A stretch of DNA of 60,337 nucleotides, taken from a virus (taxonomy: Duplodnaviria > Caudoviricetes). The notes beneath the pieces were generated by a model. That model did no database searches. It was not told the origin of the DNA and saw only the letters and a program-made list of their open reading frames with translations. Of the stretch, positions 27,399 through 34,480 are shown one piece after another (position 1 is the first letter of the stretch; each line of letters opens with the position of its first letter). Where the stretch lies: IMG/VR virus record IMGVR_UViG_3300011400_000003, positions 1-60,337 of that record. One strand, given 5' to 3'. Both the position numbers and the translations under genes were made by a program.

Positions 27399-28160
27399 TT
27401 ACAATATCTTCCTATCACTGGCACGAAGATGCTTATAGTCAAATGCCAAGCAAGGTTCACCCTCTGGCGACATTGTTGTAGAAAATTCCAACTCAAGTAA
27501 CTTGTCAGTATCCCAACCTAGATTGTCTGACTCAGATGTGTGATCCAAATTAAGAAGATCATAGAAGTCTGACATTGTTACCCAATAAGTATTCACAACC
27601 ATTTGGTTGATGTCGTTCTCTGCCTTGCGCAGACTTTCCATGTCACTCTTGAAATATCTTCCTGTCCACAACTCACAGCACAGAACCTCTCCTTTACCAA
27701 GCATCAGTATCTGAGAGTTTGGAGGATTATCCGTAATCTTCTTCTGTGCTAACTCGTCACGAATCTTTTGTTCTTTTCCCTTACCGAATTGTTCTATTAC
27801 GTGATCCTTGTACTCTGAGAATGCACGTTCGGTAATGGAATATGCGGCTACTGCAGCAGATGTGCGTCGTCCGGATGCTCTTTGAGATCCGATAATGCAT
27901 GCAATCGTAGCTGCGCCTGAAATCACAGGTGGAATATATAACACCCATGTTTCTTGCACTGATCTTATAAAATACTCTCTACGATTTCTGAACGGTTGCT
28001 CCTTTTTTAATTCCTCCAGTGGTTGGACCGCTTTGAACGACGCTTTCGCCGTTAAATATGATGTCGTTACTACACCCGCAACACCAAGACCTGTGAAAAT
28101 TTCAGGAGAGTTTCTTTTAAGTGTTTTTAATGACCTATTAAAAATATCTGATGCGGTCAA
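27399..28160 (-). CDS. DUF6353-like membrane-associated protein
   Basis: RNSPEIFTGLG...YIPP...GRYFKS...VTMSDFYDLL...GW; start uncertain. Confidence 0.75.
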   Translation of the reverse strand: MTASDIFNRSLKTLKRNSPEIFTGLGVAGVVTTSYLTAKASFKAVQPLEELKKEQPFRNRREYFIRSVQETWVLYIPPVISGAATIACIIGSQRASGRRTSAAVAAYSITERAFSEYKDHVIEQFGKGKEQKIRDELAQKKITDNPPNSQILMLGKGEVLCCELWTGRYFKSDMESLRKAENDINQMVVNTYWVTMSDFYDLLNLDHTSESDNLGWDTDKLLELEFSTTMSPEGEPCLAFDYKHLRASDRKIL

Positions 28161-28285
28161 CGGTTCCTCATTTCTCGGACAAATATCCAAATTAGCCAAA
28201 GTCCTCCAGTGATAACTGTCATGAAACAGTCACCAATGAACTTGAAGAATCCGTACTTTTTCTTACAACAATACGCTGGATACAT
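28157..28285 (-). CDS. Small membrane protein (42 aa)
   Basis: MYPAYCCKKKYGFFKFIGD...TGGLWLIWIFVREMRNR. Confidence 0.65.
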   Translation of the reverse strand: MYPAYCCKKKYGFFKFIGDCFMTVITGGLWLIWIFVREMRNR

Positions 28286-28506
28286 CATCCCTCCTCAAAT
28301 ATAAGTCCTACTTTTTCAAGGGCATCTACCGCTAGCTCTGCAACAACTTTAGAAGTATCAAACACTGTAAGATCTTCTGGTAGTTGTTTTTCAAAGGCCA
28401 AAGCTTGTCTTACAAACTCTTCACCAGATTCCTCTGGGTCTAGAGCAACCACCAGTTGAACCGCCATTGCTTCCATTATGGCTTCAAGAGCCACTGAGCG
28501 TTTCAC
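28285..28506 (-). CDS. Hypothetical protein (73 aa)
   Basis: GTG start after AAAGGAG; the longer ORF-track version runs through RNA units. Confidence 0.65.
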   Translation of the reverse strand: MKRSVALEAIMEAMAVQLVVALDPEESGEEFVRQALAFEKQLPEDLTVFDTSKVVAELAVDALEKVGLIFEEG

Positions 28507-28532
28507 GATTCTCCTTTGCAATTTGTAAATAT

Positions 28533-28614
28533 AAAAAAGAGGACTGGTTGAACCGCTAAGGTGTTTACATATTAGCAATTTCGTAAACTGTCTTAGTCGG
28601 ACAAGTGTCCTTTC
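28533..28614 (-). ncRNA. Promoter-driven hairpin RNA or attenuator leader (~82 nt)
   Basis: Starts at G right after TGTAAT; AGGAC/GUCCU closing stem followed by U6. Confidence 0.5.
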
Positions 28615-28615
28615 A

Positions 28616-28639
28616 TTACAAGCCATGTAAATTCGGCGA
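28616..28639 (-). promoter_or_regulatory. Phage-specific promoter
   Basis: TCGCCGAATTTACATGGCTTGTAA. Confidence 0.75.
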
Positions 28640-28640
28640 G

Positions 28641-28758
28641 AAAAAAATGAGAAGCAGGGGTTACTGGCCCAACGCAAACCAGTCGTTAAGTCCTTTTTCA
28701 GGGACCACCGAGTAGGTATGAGTTTTCTCCCATACACCTGCGTGTCTTACTCCTTCTC
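28641..28758 (-). ncRNA. ORF-less small RNA (~118 nt)
   Basis: Between two promoters; GAGAAG/CUUCUC closing stem followed by U7. Confidence 0.6.
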
Positions 28759-28759
28759 G

Positions 28760-28783
28760 TTATAGACCATGTATAAATTGCGA
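28760..28783 (-). promoter_or_regulatory. Phage-specific promoter
   Basis: TCGCAATTTATACATGGTCTATAA. Confidence 0.8.
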
Positions 28784-28790
28784 AAAATAT

Positions 28791-28843
28791 AAAAGAGGCC
28801 TGTCCCCGAGTTCGGGGTGGTACTGGTAATTTACAGACCTCTC
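28791..28843 (-). ncRNA. ORF-less small RNA (~53 nt)
   Basis: Between two promoters; GAGAGGUCUGU/ACAGGCCUCUU stem, inner CCCCG/CGGGG hairpin, U tract. Confidence 0.6.
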
Positions 28844-28844
28844 G

Positions 28845-28868
28845 TTACAAGAGTTGTATTTCTAGCGA
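28845..28868 (-). promoter_or_regulatory. Phage-specific promoter
   Basis: TCGCTAGAAATACAACTCTTGTAA. Confidence 0.75.
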
Positions 28869-28914
28869 AAAACCTAAGCTTTGTGTAAGCCTAGGTCTTG
28901 AGGCCCTTGGGTTA

Positions 28915-29088
28915 TTATTTCTCCAGTGAGTCAAACCATTTCTTTGCAAGATAGGTTGCCCCAAAAATCAGGATCCACTTGAGCAGCATGAAGCTGCCGA
29001 ATTGCTTCAGCGCTTTGATGCCAAGTTTCCTGTTCAGGGCCGACGCTTCTTCGTCAGACATGTTTCGAATATCTTCAATGGTGTACAT
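28915..29088 (-). CDS. Cassette-encoded small membrane protein (57 aa)
   Basis: MYTIEDIRNMS...LLKWILIFGA; AAAGGA RBS; terminator 28868..28898. Confidence 0.65.
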   Translation of the reverse strand: MYTIEDIRNMSDEEASALNRKLGIKALKQFGSFMLLKWILIFGATYLAKKWFDSLEK

Positions 29089-29109
29089 AATATTCCTTTC
29101 GTGGCCTCA

Positions 29110-29133
29110 TTATGAAAGGTGTAAAATATGCGA
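29110..29133 (-). promoter_or_regulatory. Phage-specific promoter
   Basis: TCGCATATTTTACACCTTTCATAA. Confidence 0.8.
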
Positions 29134-29176
29134 AAAAAGTGTCGAGGAAAGGCCCTGTTTGGCCCCTCCTCTTTGG

Positions 29177-29401
29177 TCACGCTGCCGTTGGCTTCTTCGT
29201 GAAAGTTTGGGTATCGCCGTTCTTTAGTCGCACGATGATGGCTTGTGCACCTTCGTCGTTGTGCCAGTGCCCCACCTTGTCGATCCTGTATCCACGTGCT
29301 TGATGCACGGCGAATAGGGCGCCAAGGGCGGCAAAGCCCACGATTGCGGTGTCGCAACCATCCTTGTGGTTCTGATAGAAACGCTTGATCCGCTCTTTCA
29401 T
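29177..29401 (-). CDS. Cassette-encoded membrane-anchored protein
   Basis: Start MKERIK after AAAGGA; one TM segment. Confidence 0.65.
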   Translation of the reverse strand: MKERIKRFYQNHKDGCDTAIVGFAALGALFAVHQARGYRIDKVGHWHNDEGAQAIIVRLKNGDTQTFTKKPTAA

Positions 29402-29429
29402 TTCAATTTCCTTTCGGTCGTTGTGTCCA

Positions 29430-29453
29430 TTATATGCCATGTAGAATATGCGA
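29430..29453 (-). promoter_or_regulatory. Phage-specific promoter
   Basis: TCGCATATTCTACATGGCATATAA. Confidence 0.8.
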
Positions 29454-29454
29454 A

Positions 29455-29646
29455 TTAAACGTGGCCTTGGCGATGGTGCTCCAAAAGTTCTTCCACAGTC
29501 CATGGAGTTGAATATTCAACAATTTCCAGAGTCACTGGGTTGTTACGTTCTTCTGGGTGTTGTTCAATAAATTTCATCAGAATTTCGTACTGATACTCGC
29601 CTTCAATTATTACGTTAACCTTCTCTGTTTTAATTCGCATTTTCAT
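29455..29646 (-). CDS. Hypothetical protein
   Basis: Start MKMRIK after AAAGGAG. Confidence 0.55.
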   Translation of the reverse strand: MKMRIKTEKVNVIIEGEYQYEILMKFIEQHPEERNNPVTLEIVEYSTPWTVEELLEHHRQGHV

Positions 29647-29675
29647 TATCCGCTCCTTTGTTAAAAATATGAGAG

Positions 29676-29758
29676 TACCGGGCACGGGATTCGAACCCGT
29701 ACGTCCTTTCGGACCGAGGATTTTAAGTCCACTGCGTCTGCCGTTTCGCCAGCCCGGC
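29676..29758 (-). tRNA. tRNA-Leu, anticodon UAA (reads TTA); CCA not encoded
   Basis: GCCGGGC/GCCCGGU acceptor stem, CUUAAAA anticodon loop (29725-29723), long variable arm GUCC-GAAA-GGAC, GGUUCGAAUCC T-arm. Confidence 0.95.
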
Positions 29759-29764
29759 TGAAAG

Positions 29765-29929
29765 CTAATCCTTACTAATTAGAACCAACAATCCGTTTCG
29801 ATACTCAACATCATCAACGGTAAAACTTTCTTCGGCCGGAAGGCCATCTTTTTGAACTTCAAATATGACGTGAGGATCATGATCCGCAACCCTCTCACCG
29901 ACTGAATTTACAATTTGTGAAAAATGCAT
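29765..29929 (-). CDS. Small hypothetical protein (54 aa)
   Basis: MHFSQIV...; AAAGGAG RBS. Confidence 0.55.
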   Translation of the reverse strand: MHFSQIVNSVGERVADHDPHVIFEVQKDGLPAEESFTVDDVEYRNGLLVLISKD

Positions 29930-29954
29930 TATGTCTCCTTTGTTCTGTCAAATA

Positions 29955-30206
29955 TCAAGTAAAAGGATCTTCGTCGCCGTCCAAAGTACGAAGCCCAGTT
30001 ATAAGTAAACCTCGTGCTCTATGAGGAGGCATAACACCACCCGAAAAAAGTATGGGATATCCATATGTTCCATCTTCGTCCGTGTTTGTTACGCATCCTA
30101 CAAACACCCACTCGATAAGCATGTCACTTTTCTCAACTTCTTCAAAAACTCCAAGAGCTTGTGTTGCAGCTTGTTCGATAAGACTGGAAGCTTCGTTACT
30201 ATCCAT
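29955..30206 (-). CDS. Hypothetical protein
   Basis: EWVFVG...PPHRARGLL. Confidence 0.65.
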   Translation of the reverse strand: MDSNEASSLIEQAATQALGVFEEVEKSDMLIEWVFVGCVTNTDEDGTYGYPILFSGGVMPPHRARGLLITGLRTLDGDEDPFT

Positions 30207-30357
30207 CAGATTCTTCCAGTTCTGCCATCAAGGCGTCATACTCATCTTGAAGCTGATCTGACTTTGCGAAATATGTGGCAGTTAATCTCGCCCGCCTTTT
30301 GAAGTAGTCGTCAAATCTTTCTTCTAGAGTTTTCTCTTTAGGCTTAGTTTGTGGCAT
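30199..30357 (-). CDS. Small hypothetical protein (52 aa)
   Basis: MPQTKPKEKTLEERF...; AAAGG RBS. Confidence 0.55.
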   Translation of the reverse strand: MPQTKPKEKTLEERFDDYFKRRARLTATYFAKSDQLQDEYDALMAELEESDG

Positions 30358-30432
30358 TTTGAACCTTTCGAGAAAAAGAATATGGGATGAAGGACGATTA
30401 ACGTCCGGCTGCGAAAATATCGCGACCTCCCG

Positions 30433-30456
30433 TTACAAGGCTTGTAAATTCTGCGA
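30433..30456 (-). promoter_or_regulatory. Phage-specific promoter followed by leader hairpin 30373..30431
   Basis: TCGCAGAATTTACAAGCCTTGTAA. Confidence 0.8.
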
Positions 30457-30496
30457 AAAGTGTCAGGGAAAAGCCTTGTGGCTAATCCCCTTAGGA

Positions 30497-30667
30497 TCAC
30501 CTCCCGTTTCGTTCTCGCCTCCTGACTTCTTTCTTCCAAGTCTTCGAGTTCCTTCGTGCGGTGTTGGCACGGACGAGGCCCGTCATAGCGCTAACTACGA
30601 GAGCCAAAACCGTAGCAACTCCAAGAGGGTTCTCTTCGAATTGGGCTTTCAGCTTGTCAAGGTTCAC
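30497..30667 (-). CDS. Cassette-encoded small membrane protein (56 aa)
   Basis: MNLDKLK...ENPLGVATVLALVV...basic tail; AAAGGA RBS. Confidence 0.65.
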   Translation of the reverse strand: MNLDKLKAQFEENPLGVATVLALVVSAMTGLVRANTARRNSKTWKKEVRRRERNGR

Positions 30668-30695
30668 GAGTGTCCTTTCGGCTAGGTTATTCCCA

Positions 30696-30719
30696 TTATA
30701 CTGGCTGTAAAATATGCGA
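30696..30719 (-). promoter_or_regulatory. Phage-specific promoter
   Basis: TCGCATATTTTACAGCCAGTATAA. Confidence 0.8.
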
Positions 30720-30936
30720 TTTTTGATTAGACCCTCGTATTTTGCCTTCTAAGCGATTTTTGACGTTCGCCGGCACTGAGTACCGGACACCTTTCTAAAT
30801 ATGTCTCAGAATGTACGCTGACGCGTACCAATTTTGGAAAGTTCCTCAAAAATGGCCCCCCGGGGATTTTCCAGGGCAAAAAAGAAGAATCCTTGTACAG
30901 AATGTCCTTAAATGTCCCTTTCCCATCGCGACGGCG

Positions 30937-30989
30937 AAAACACAGAAGCCATGTAGGATCTTTTCAGGGATCCCACAGGCTTCCTGTGC
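30937..30989 (-). terminator. Intrinsic terminator
   Basis: CACAGGAAGCC-UGUGGGAUC...GAUCCUACA-UGGCUUCUGUG followed by UUUU. Confidence 0.65.
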
Positions 30990-31012
30990 TTAGCAACAGT
31001 CTGGTTCTGTGC

Positions 31013-31309
31013 TCATGGTACTTTCGGTCGTAGTTTGAGTTGGTAGCCTTTAGATGTCATCACGTGCTTCTGTTCGTATGCAACCAACAAGAACATCTCG
31101 ATGAAACTCCCAAAGACGATCAGCATCGTGTCTCGACTTACGGGCTTTCGACTTTCACTATTCTTAAGCTCGTAGAGTCGTTCCAACAATTCCATCATCT
31201 TAGGGTAGTCTGCATGATCTACTTTTATTGCTTCCATCTTCTTCAGAACAGCACTGATCTGTCCATCTAAAGGCGACGGCTTCTTAAAACTCGGAAAATG
31301 CCGTAGCAC
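31013..31309 (-). CDS. Hypothetical membrane protein
   Basis: VSRDTMLIV...YEQKHVMTSK; GTG start after AAAGGAAGG. Confidence 0.65.
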   Translation of the reverse strand: MLRHFPSFKKPSPLDGQISAVLKKMEAIKVDHADYPKMMELLERLYELKNSESRKPVSRDTMLIVFGSFIEMFLLVAYEQKHVMTSKGYQLKLRPKVP

Positions 31310-31332
31310 TGCCTTCCTTTCTGTTGTTTCCA

Positions 31333-31356
31333 TTATAGGCAATGTATAGATTGCGG
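31333..31356 (-). promoter_or_regulatory. Phage-specific promoter, first copy after the tail module
   Basis: CCGCAATCTATACATTGCCTATAA. Confidence 0.7.
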
Positions 31357-31358
31357 CA

Positions 31359-31580
31359 TCATTCATAGCTAAACAACGTGCCCTTGAACGGAACCACCTT
31401 AAATATAACCCGCTTCTTCTTTGGCAGATCGTCTAACGGCGTAGCGATTTCAAAGCTATACCTAACTTTCCCGTCTTCCGGACGTTCCTCAATAATTTCT
31501 CCACCATAAGTCAACTTGATCGATCCACGACCAAGAATGAACCCAACTATAAGAGCAATGATAACGGCTAGAATAATCAT
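31359..31580 (-). CDS. Small membrane protein
   Basis: N-terminal TM; ATGA overlap with upstream gene. Confidence 0.65.
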   Translation of the reverse strand: MIILAVIIALIVGFILGRGSIKLTYGGEIIEERPEDGKVRYSFEIATPLDDLPKKKRVIFKVVPFKGTLFSYE

Positions 31581-32701
31581 GCGTCTTCTAACTCCAGACT
31601 TAATGTAGGATATGCTACTGTTCCATTTTCATCTTCAATTTCAACAAATTCGCTTACACGCATTACTGTACTTTCGTTGTAATCACCAACAACCCGCACA
31701 AGATCTCCAACGTTGAAGTCTACTCTGTATCTAGATTCAACAGTCTTCTTTGATACTTCTGCTTTGGTAAGATTAATATCTTTTTGTGATTTAAGAACTT
31801 CTCTACCTTTTTGCTGTAATGCATCATTAATAATAACCCAATTAGCCAAAACTTCTGTTTCCTCAAAATCCTCGTCAATTTCTGGTGCGGACACTTGCAT
31901 CATACGTCGATTGTAGTGATCAAGTCCAGGAAGATGAACAATTGTTTGAACCCACTTACCTGTTACAACAGCTGAAGTTTTTAAATTTTTATTACTCCAT
32001 AAATAATCAGCATTTACAATTTGACCAGAATCATAAGAAAATATAATGCTGGCCGTTCTGTCAATTCCTTTATGAACGAAAATTAATGTGTTTGGCGAAA
32101 ATTCGCCAAGAGGCGACCAAATTCCTGGGCGAATAATTCTAATACCAATATCGTCAATAGACATAAGTTCTATTATCGAAGAATATAAATCTTTAACATC
32201 GAGCTTTCTTGATGTGTTAACCCCAGCTCCAGTGATTGTGGTATCAACAGTAATGTAACCAATTGAATTGTTGTCATCTGATAAATATTCTGAGGAAAGG
32301 TGATGGTTGATCAAATGAACAACTTGATCCCACGTTTTTTGAGCTGGAATAAGAACCTTTCCGTCAGAAACTAGCCTTGGGAAGATTCGATTGCTCCCTA
32401 CAACTCGTTGTTCAAAATATGTTTCGAACCCTCGACCTGTAACGGTAATTATAGATTCTTCATCTTGGGAATCGTTAATCTCATGATTTTCTACAATCAT
32501 TAATTCTGGAGTATTAAGATGAGAAACAAAGGAACCAATAGGAAGCTTTTCTTTTAAACCAGAATATACCGGGGCAACGAATTTAAATTCTCCACCTTCA
32601 TCATAACGTTCAATCCACATTTTACTGGTAATATCATTAATGATTTCGCCCTGTTGCATTAACAACGGTGCCTCTGGATTTTTCATTGAAATAACGTCCA
32701 T
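31577..32701 (-). CDS. Minor tail / hub protein (ReqiPepy6 Gp37-like)
   Basis: MWIERY..GEF, GRGFE, DFNVGDLV, RVSE, YPTL; follows the Dit genes. Confidence 0.8.
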   Translation of the reverse strand: MDVISMKNPEAPLLMQQGEIINDITSKMWIERYDEGGEFKFVAPVYSGLKEKLPIGSFVSHLNTPELMIVENHEINDSQDEESIITVTGRGFETYFEQRVVGSNRIFPRLVSDGKVLIPAQKTWDQVVHLINHHLSSEYLSDDNNSIGYITVDTTITGAGVNTSRKLDVKDLYSSIIELMSIDDIGIRIIRPGIWSPLGEFSPNTLIFVHKGIDRTASIIFSYDSGQIVNADYLWSNKNLKTSAVVTGKWVQTIVHLPGLDHYNRRMMQVSAPEIDEDFEETEVLANWVIINDALQQKGREVLKSQKDINLTKAEVSKKTVESRYRVDFNVGDLVRVVGDYNESTVMRVSEFVEIEDENGTVAYPTLSLELEDA

Positions 32702-32702
32702 A

Positions 32703-33536
32703 CTACACCCCCCAGTAAGTCTCGTAATGTGAAATTGAGTGCCAAAACACATAAGAATGATTACTTATACTGTATTCGTTTGTTCCTGGAAATATAATTG
32801 GCCATATAGGATTAAGATCGATTACATCGCCTAAATGAGTTACAACGGAGTCTCTCACCACATACAAATACTTGTTGTTAAACTCACTGGAGAAATGTAA
32901 AACGTCGTTATTGAAAAACAAATCTCTAGGCCTAATTATAAAACTAAATCCTTCCGATTCGTTTGTAATACCAAACTCTGTAAGCGTTGAATTAAATTCC
33001 GCAATAAAAGAAAAACCATGAGGTGCCGTTGAAACATTATCTTCAAGAATTAAAAGTCCCGGATTTGAAATATCAAAATCAACGTTTACTGGAGCCAGCG
33101 ATTTTAACATTGGATCTCTGCACTCAATTGTTAGCTTTACTTCTTGATCTCTATCAAAATGATCAGTTTCAAGCTTTAGTATAAATCCAGATATTGCCGC
33201 AACAACTGTGGAATTGTTTTTAAAATGTAATTGAACTTCTCCGCCTCTAGCTGCAGAAACTAGACGATACAAGTCATCTCTTAGTTGAAAATATGATTCA
33301 GATTCAGCATAATTTGGATTCAAACCAATTTGAATAACTACCGTTCGTTTCTTACGCATAAGGTTATATAACTTAGACTCTTGATCCGTTCCATAATACT
33401 TTGGAACTACTAAGTCTGAATCTAAGCCTTCAATGGATACAGCATTATATGGATTCAAAGCGGTTGGATCTCTAAAACTAAGAACAAGTTCATCAGCGTT
33501 TGACGGCGGGTGTATTTCTACACTAGTTAATTTCAT
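32703..33536 (-). CDS. Distal tail (Dit-like) protein, copy 2
   Basis: SIEGLD, CRDP, IFPGTN, YWGV end; position after tape measure. Confidence 0.75.
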   Translation of the reverse strand: MKLTSVEIHPPSNADELVLSFRDPTALNPYNAVSIEGLDSDLVVPKYYGTDQESKLYNLMRKKRTVVIQIGLNPNYAESESYFQLRDDLYRLVSAARGGEVQLHFKNNSTVVAAISGFILKLETDHFDRDQEVKLTIECRDPMLKSLAPVNVDFDISNPGLLILEDNVSTAPHGFSFIAEFNSTLTEFGITNESEGFSFIIRPRDLFFNNDVLHFSSEFNNKYLYVVRDSVVTHLGDVIDLNPIWPIIFPGTNEYSISNHSYVFWHSISHYETYWGV

Positions 33537-33538
33537 AT

Positions 33539-34480
33539 TTATACACCCCAGTATGCTCGATAATATGAAAGACTTTGCCAACTCAGAGAGTCAGAATTAT
33601 TAAAAGAAAGACGATTGCTACCTGGAAATATAATTGGCCAGATAGACTTTCCTGTTACTCTATCCATCAAATTTCTCGCTGTTGTTCTAATTTCTTTTCT
33701 ACCAAATTCACTTGAAAAATGTAATACCTCTCCAGCATCAAATCCACCAATAGGAATAACTCTGAAATTCCAGGAAGCATCTGTTGGGTCTGTAATGATC
33801 AAATCTGGAATGGCTTCATTAATTTTTATTCTAAATGACACTCCATGAGGGGCTGTTGAAATATCATCAGAAATTGTGAAGTCAGAAAAATCAAGAAGAT
33901 CATAATTAATTACAATTGGAGATGGAGATCTAAGAACTGGGTCTTCACAATAAACAGTTACCGCCATCATTTGATCTCTATCTGATGGGTTTGATTCAAC
34001 TTTAGTAACAAAACCAGTTAAAACAGCTACAATTTCATCATCATTCATAAAATGAATATCAACTCTTCCTGTTTTAGATATACTTGTGACTTTATAGACA
34101 CCAGCTCTAAGATCAGAAAAAGTTTCATTAGCACTAAAATCTGGATTCAAACCAATCTTAAATATAACCTCAACTGGCTCTTTTTCAAGAGTATAAAATT
34201 TTTGACCAGATTCTGAACTATAATACTTTGGTTTAAATATACCATCTAATCCATCAATAGATCTCGCATTATATGGGTTCAAAGCTTTAGGATCTCTAAA
34301 GCTAAGAACAATTCCTTCCGGTGTCGGAGTTAACGGTCCTGCTGTACCTATAAAATTAAAATATACAGCATCAGGAGGAGGTTCTGCTTCACCATCATAT
34401 TGAAAAAGAGTATTGACAAAATCAAAATCGCCTTCATCATAATCAATTGGATCATCTTCAAATACGAAATATGGACTCAT
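33539..34480 (-). CDS. Distal tail (Dit-like) protein, copy 1
   Basis: Paralog of 32703..33536 (LSFRDP.ALNPYNA, STAPHG, HFSSEF, IWPIIFPG, YWGV). Confidence 0.75.
   Translation of the reverse strand: MSPYFVFEDDPIDYDEGDFDFVNTLFQYDGEAEPPPDAVYFNFIGTAGPLTPTPEGIVLSFRDPKALNPYNARSIDGLDGIFKPKYYSSESGQKFYTLEKEPVEVIFKIGLNPDFSANETFSDLRAGVYKVTSISKTGRVDIHFMNDDEIVAVLTGFVTKVESNPSDRDQMMAVTVYCEDPVLRSPSPIVINYDLLDFSDFTISDDISTAPHGVSFRIKINEAIPDLIITDPTDASWNFRVIPIGGFDAGEVLHFSSEFGRKEIRTTARNLMDRVTGKSIWPIIFPGSNRLSFNNSDSLSWQSLSYYRAYWGV

Noticed and set aside
28507-28737. N-terminal extension of ORF 28285..28737
   Set aside because: Crosses a promoter and two terminator-like structures; RBS supports GTG at 28506
28798-28827. 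Resemblance to a type I-E CRISPR repeat (CCCCG..CGGGG hairpin), i.e. a possible RNA anti-CRISPR
   Set aside because: Similarity is limited to a generic hairpin and is in the antisense orientation relative to the predicted transcript
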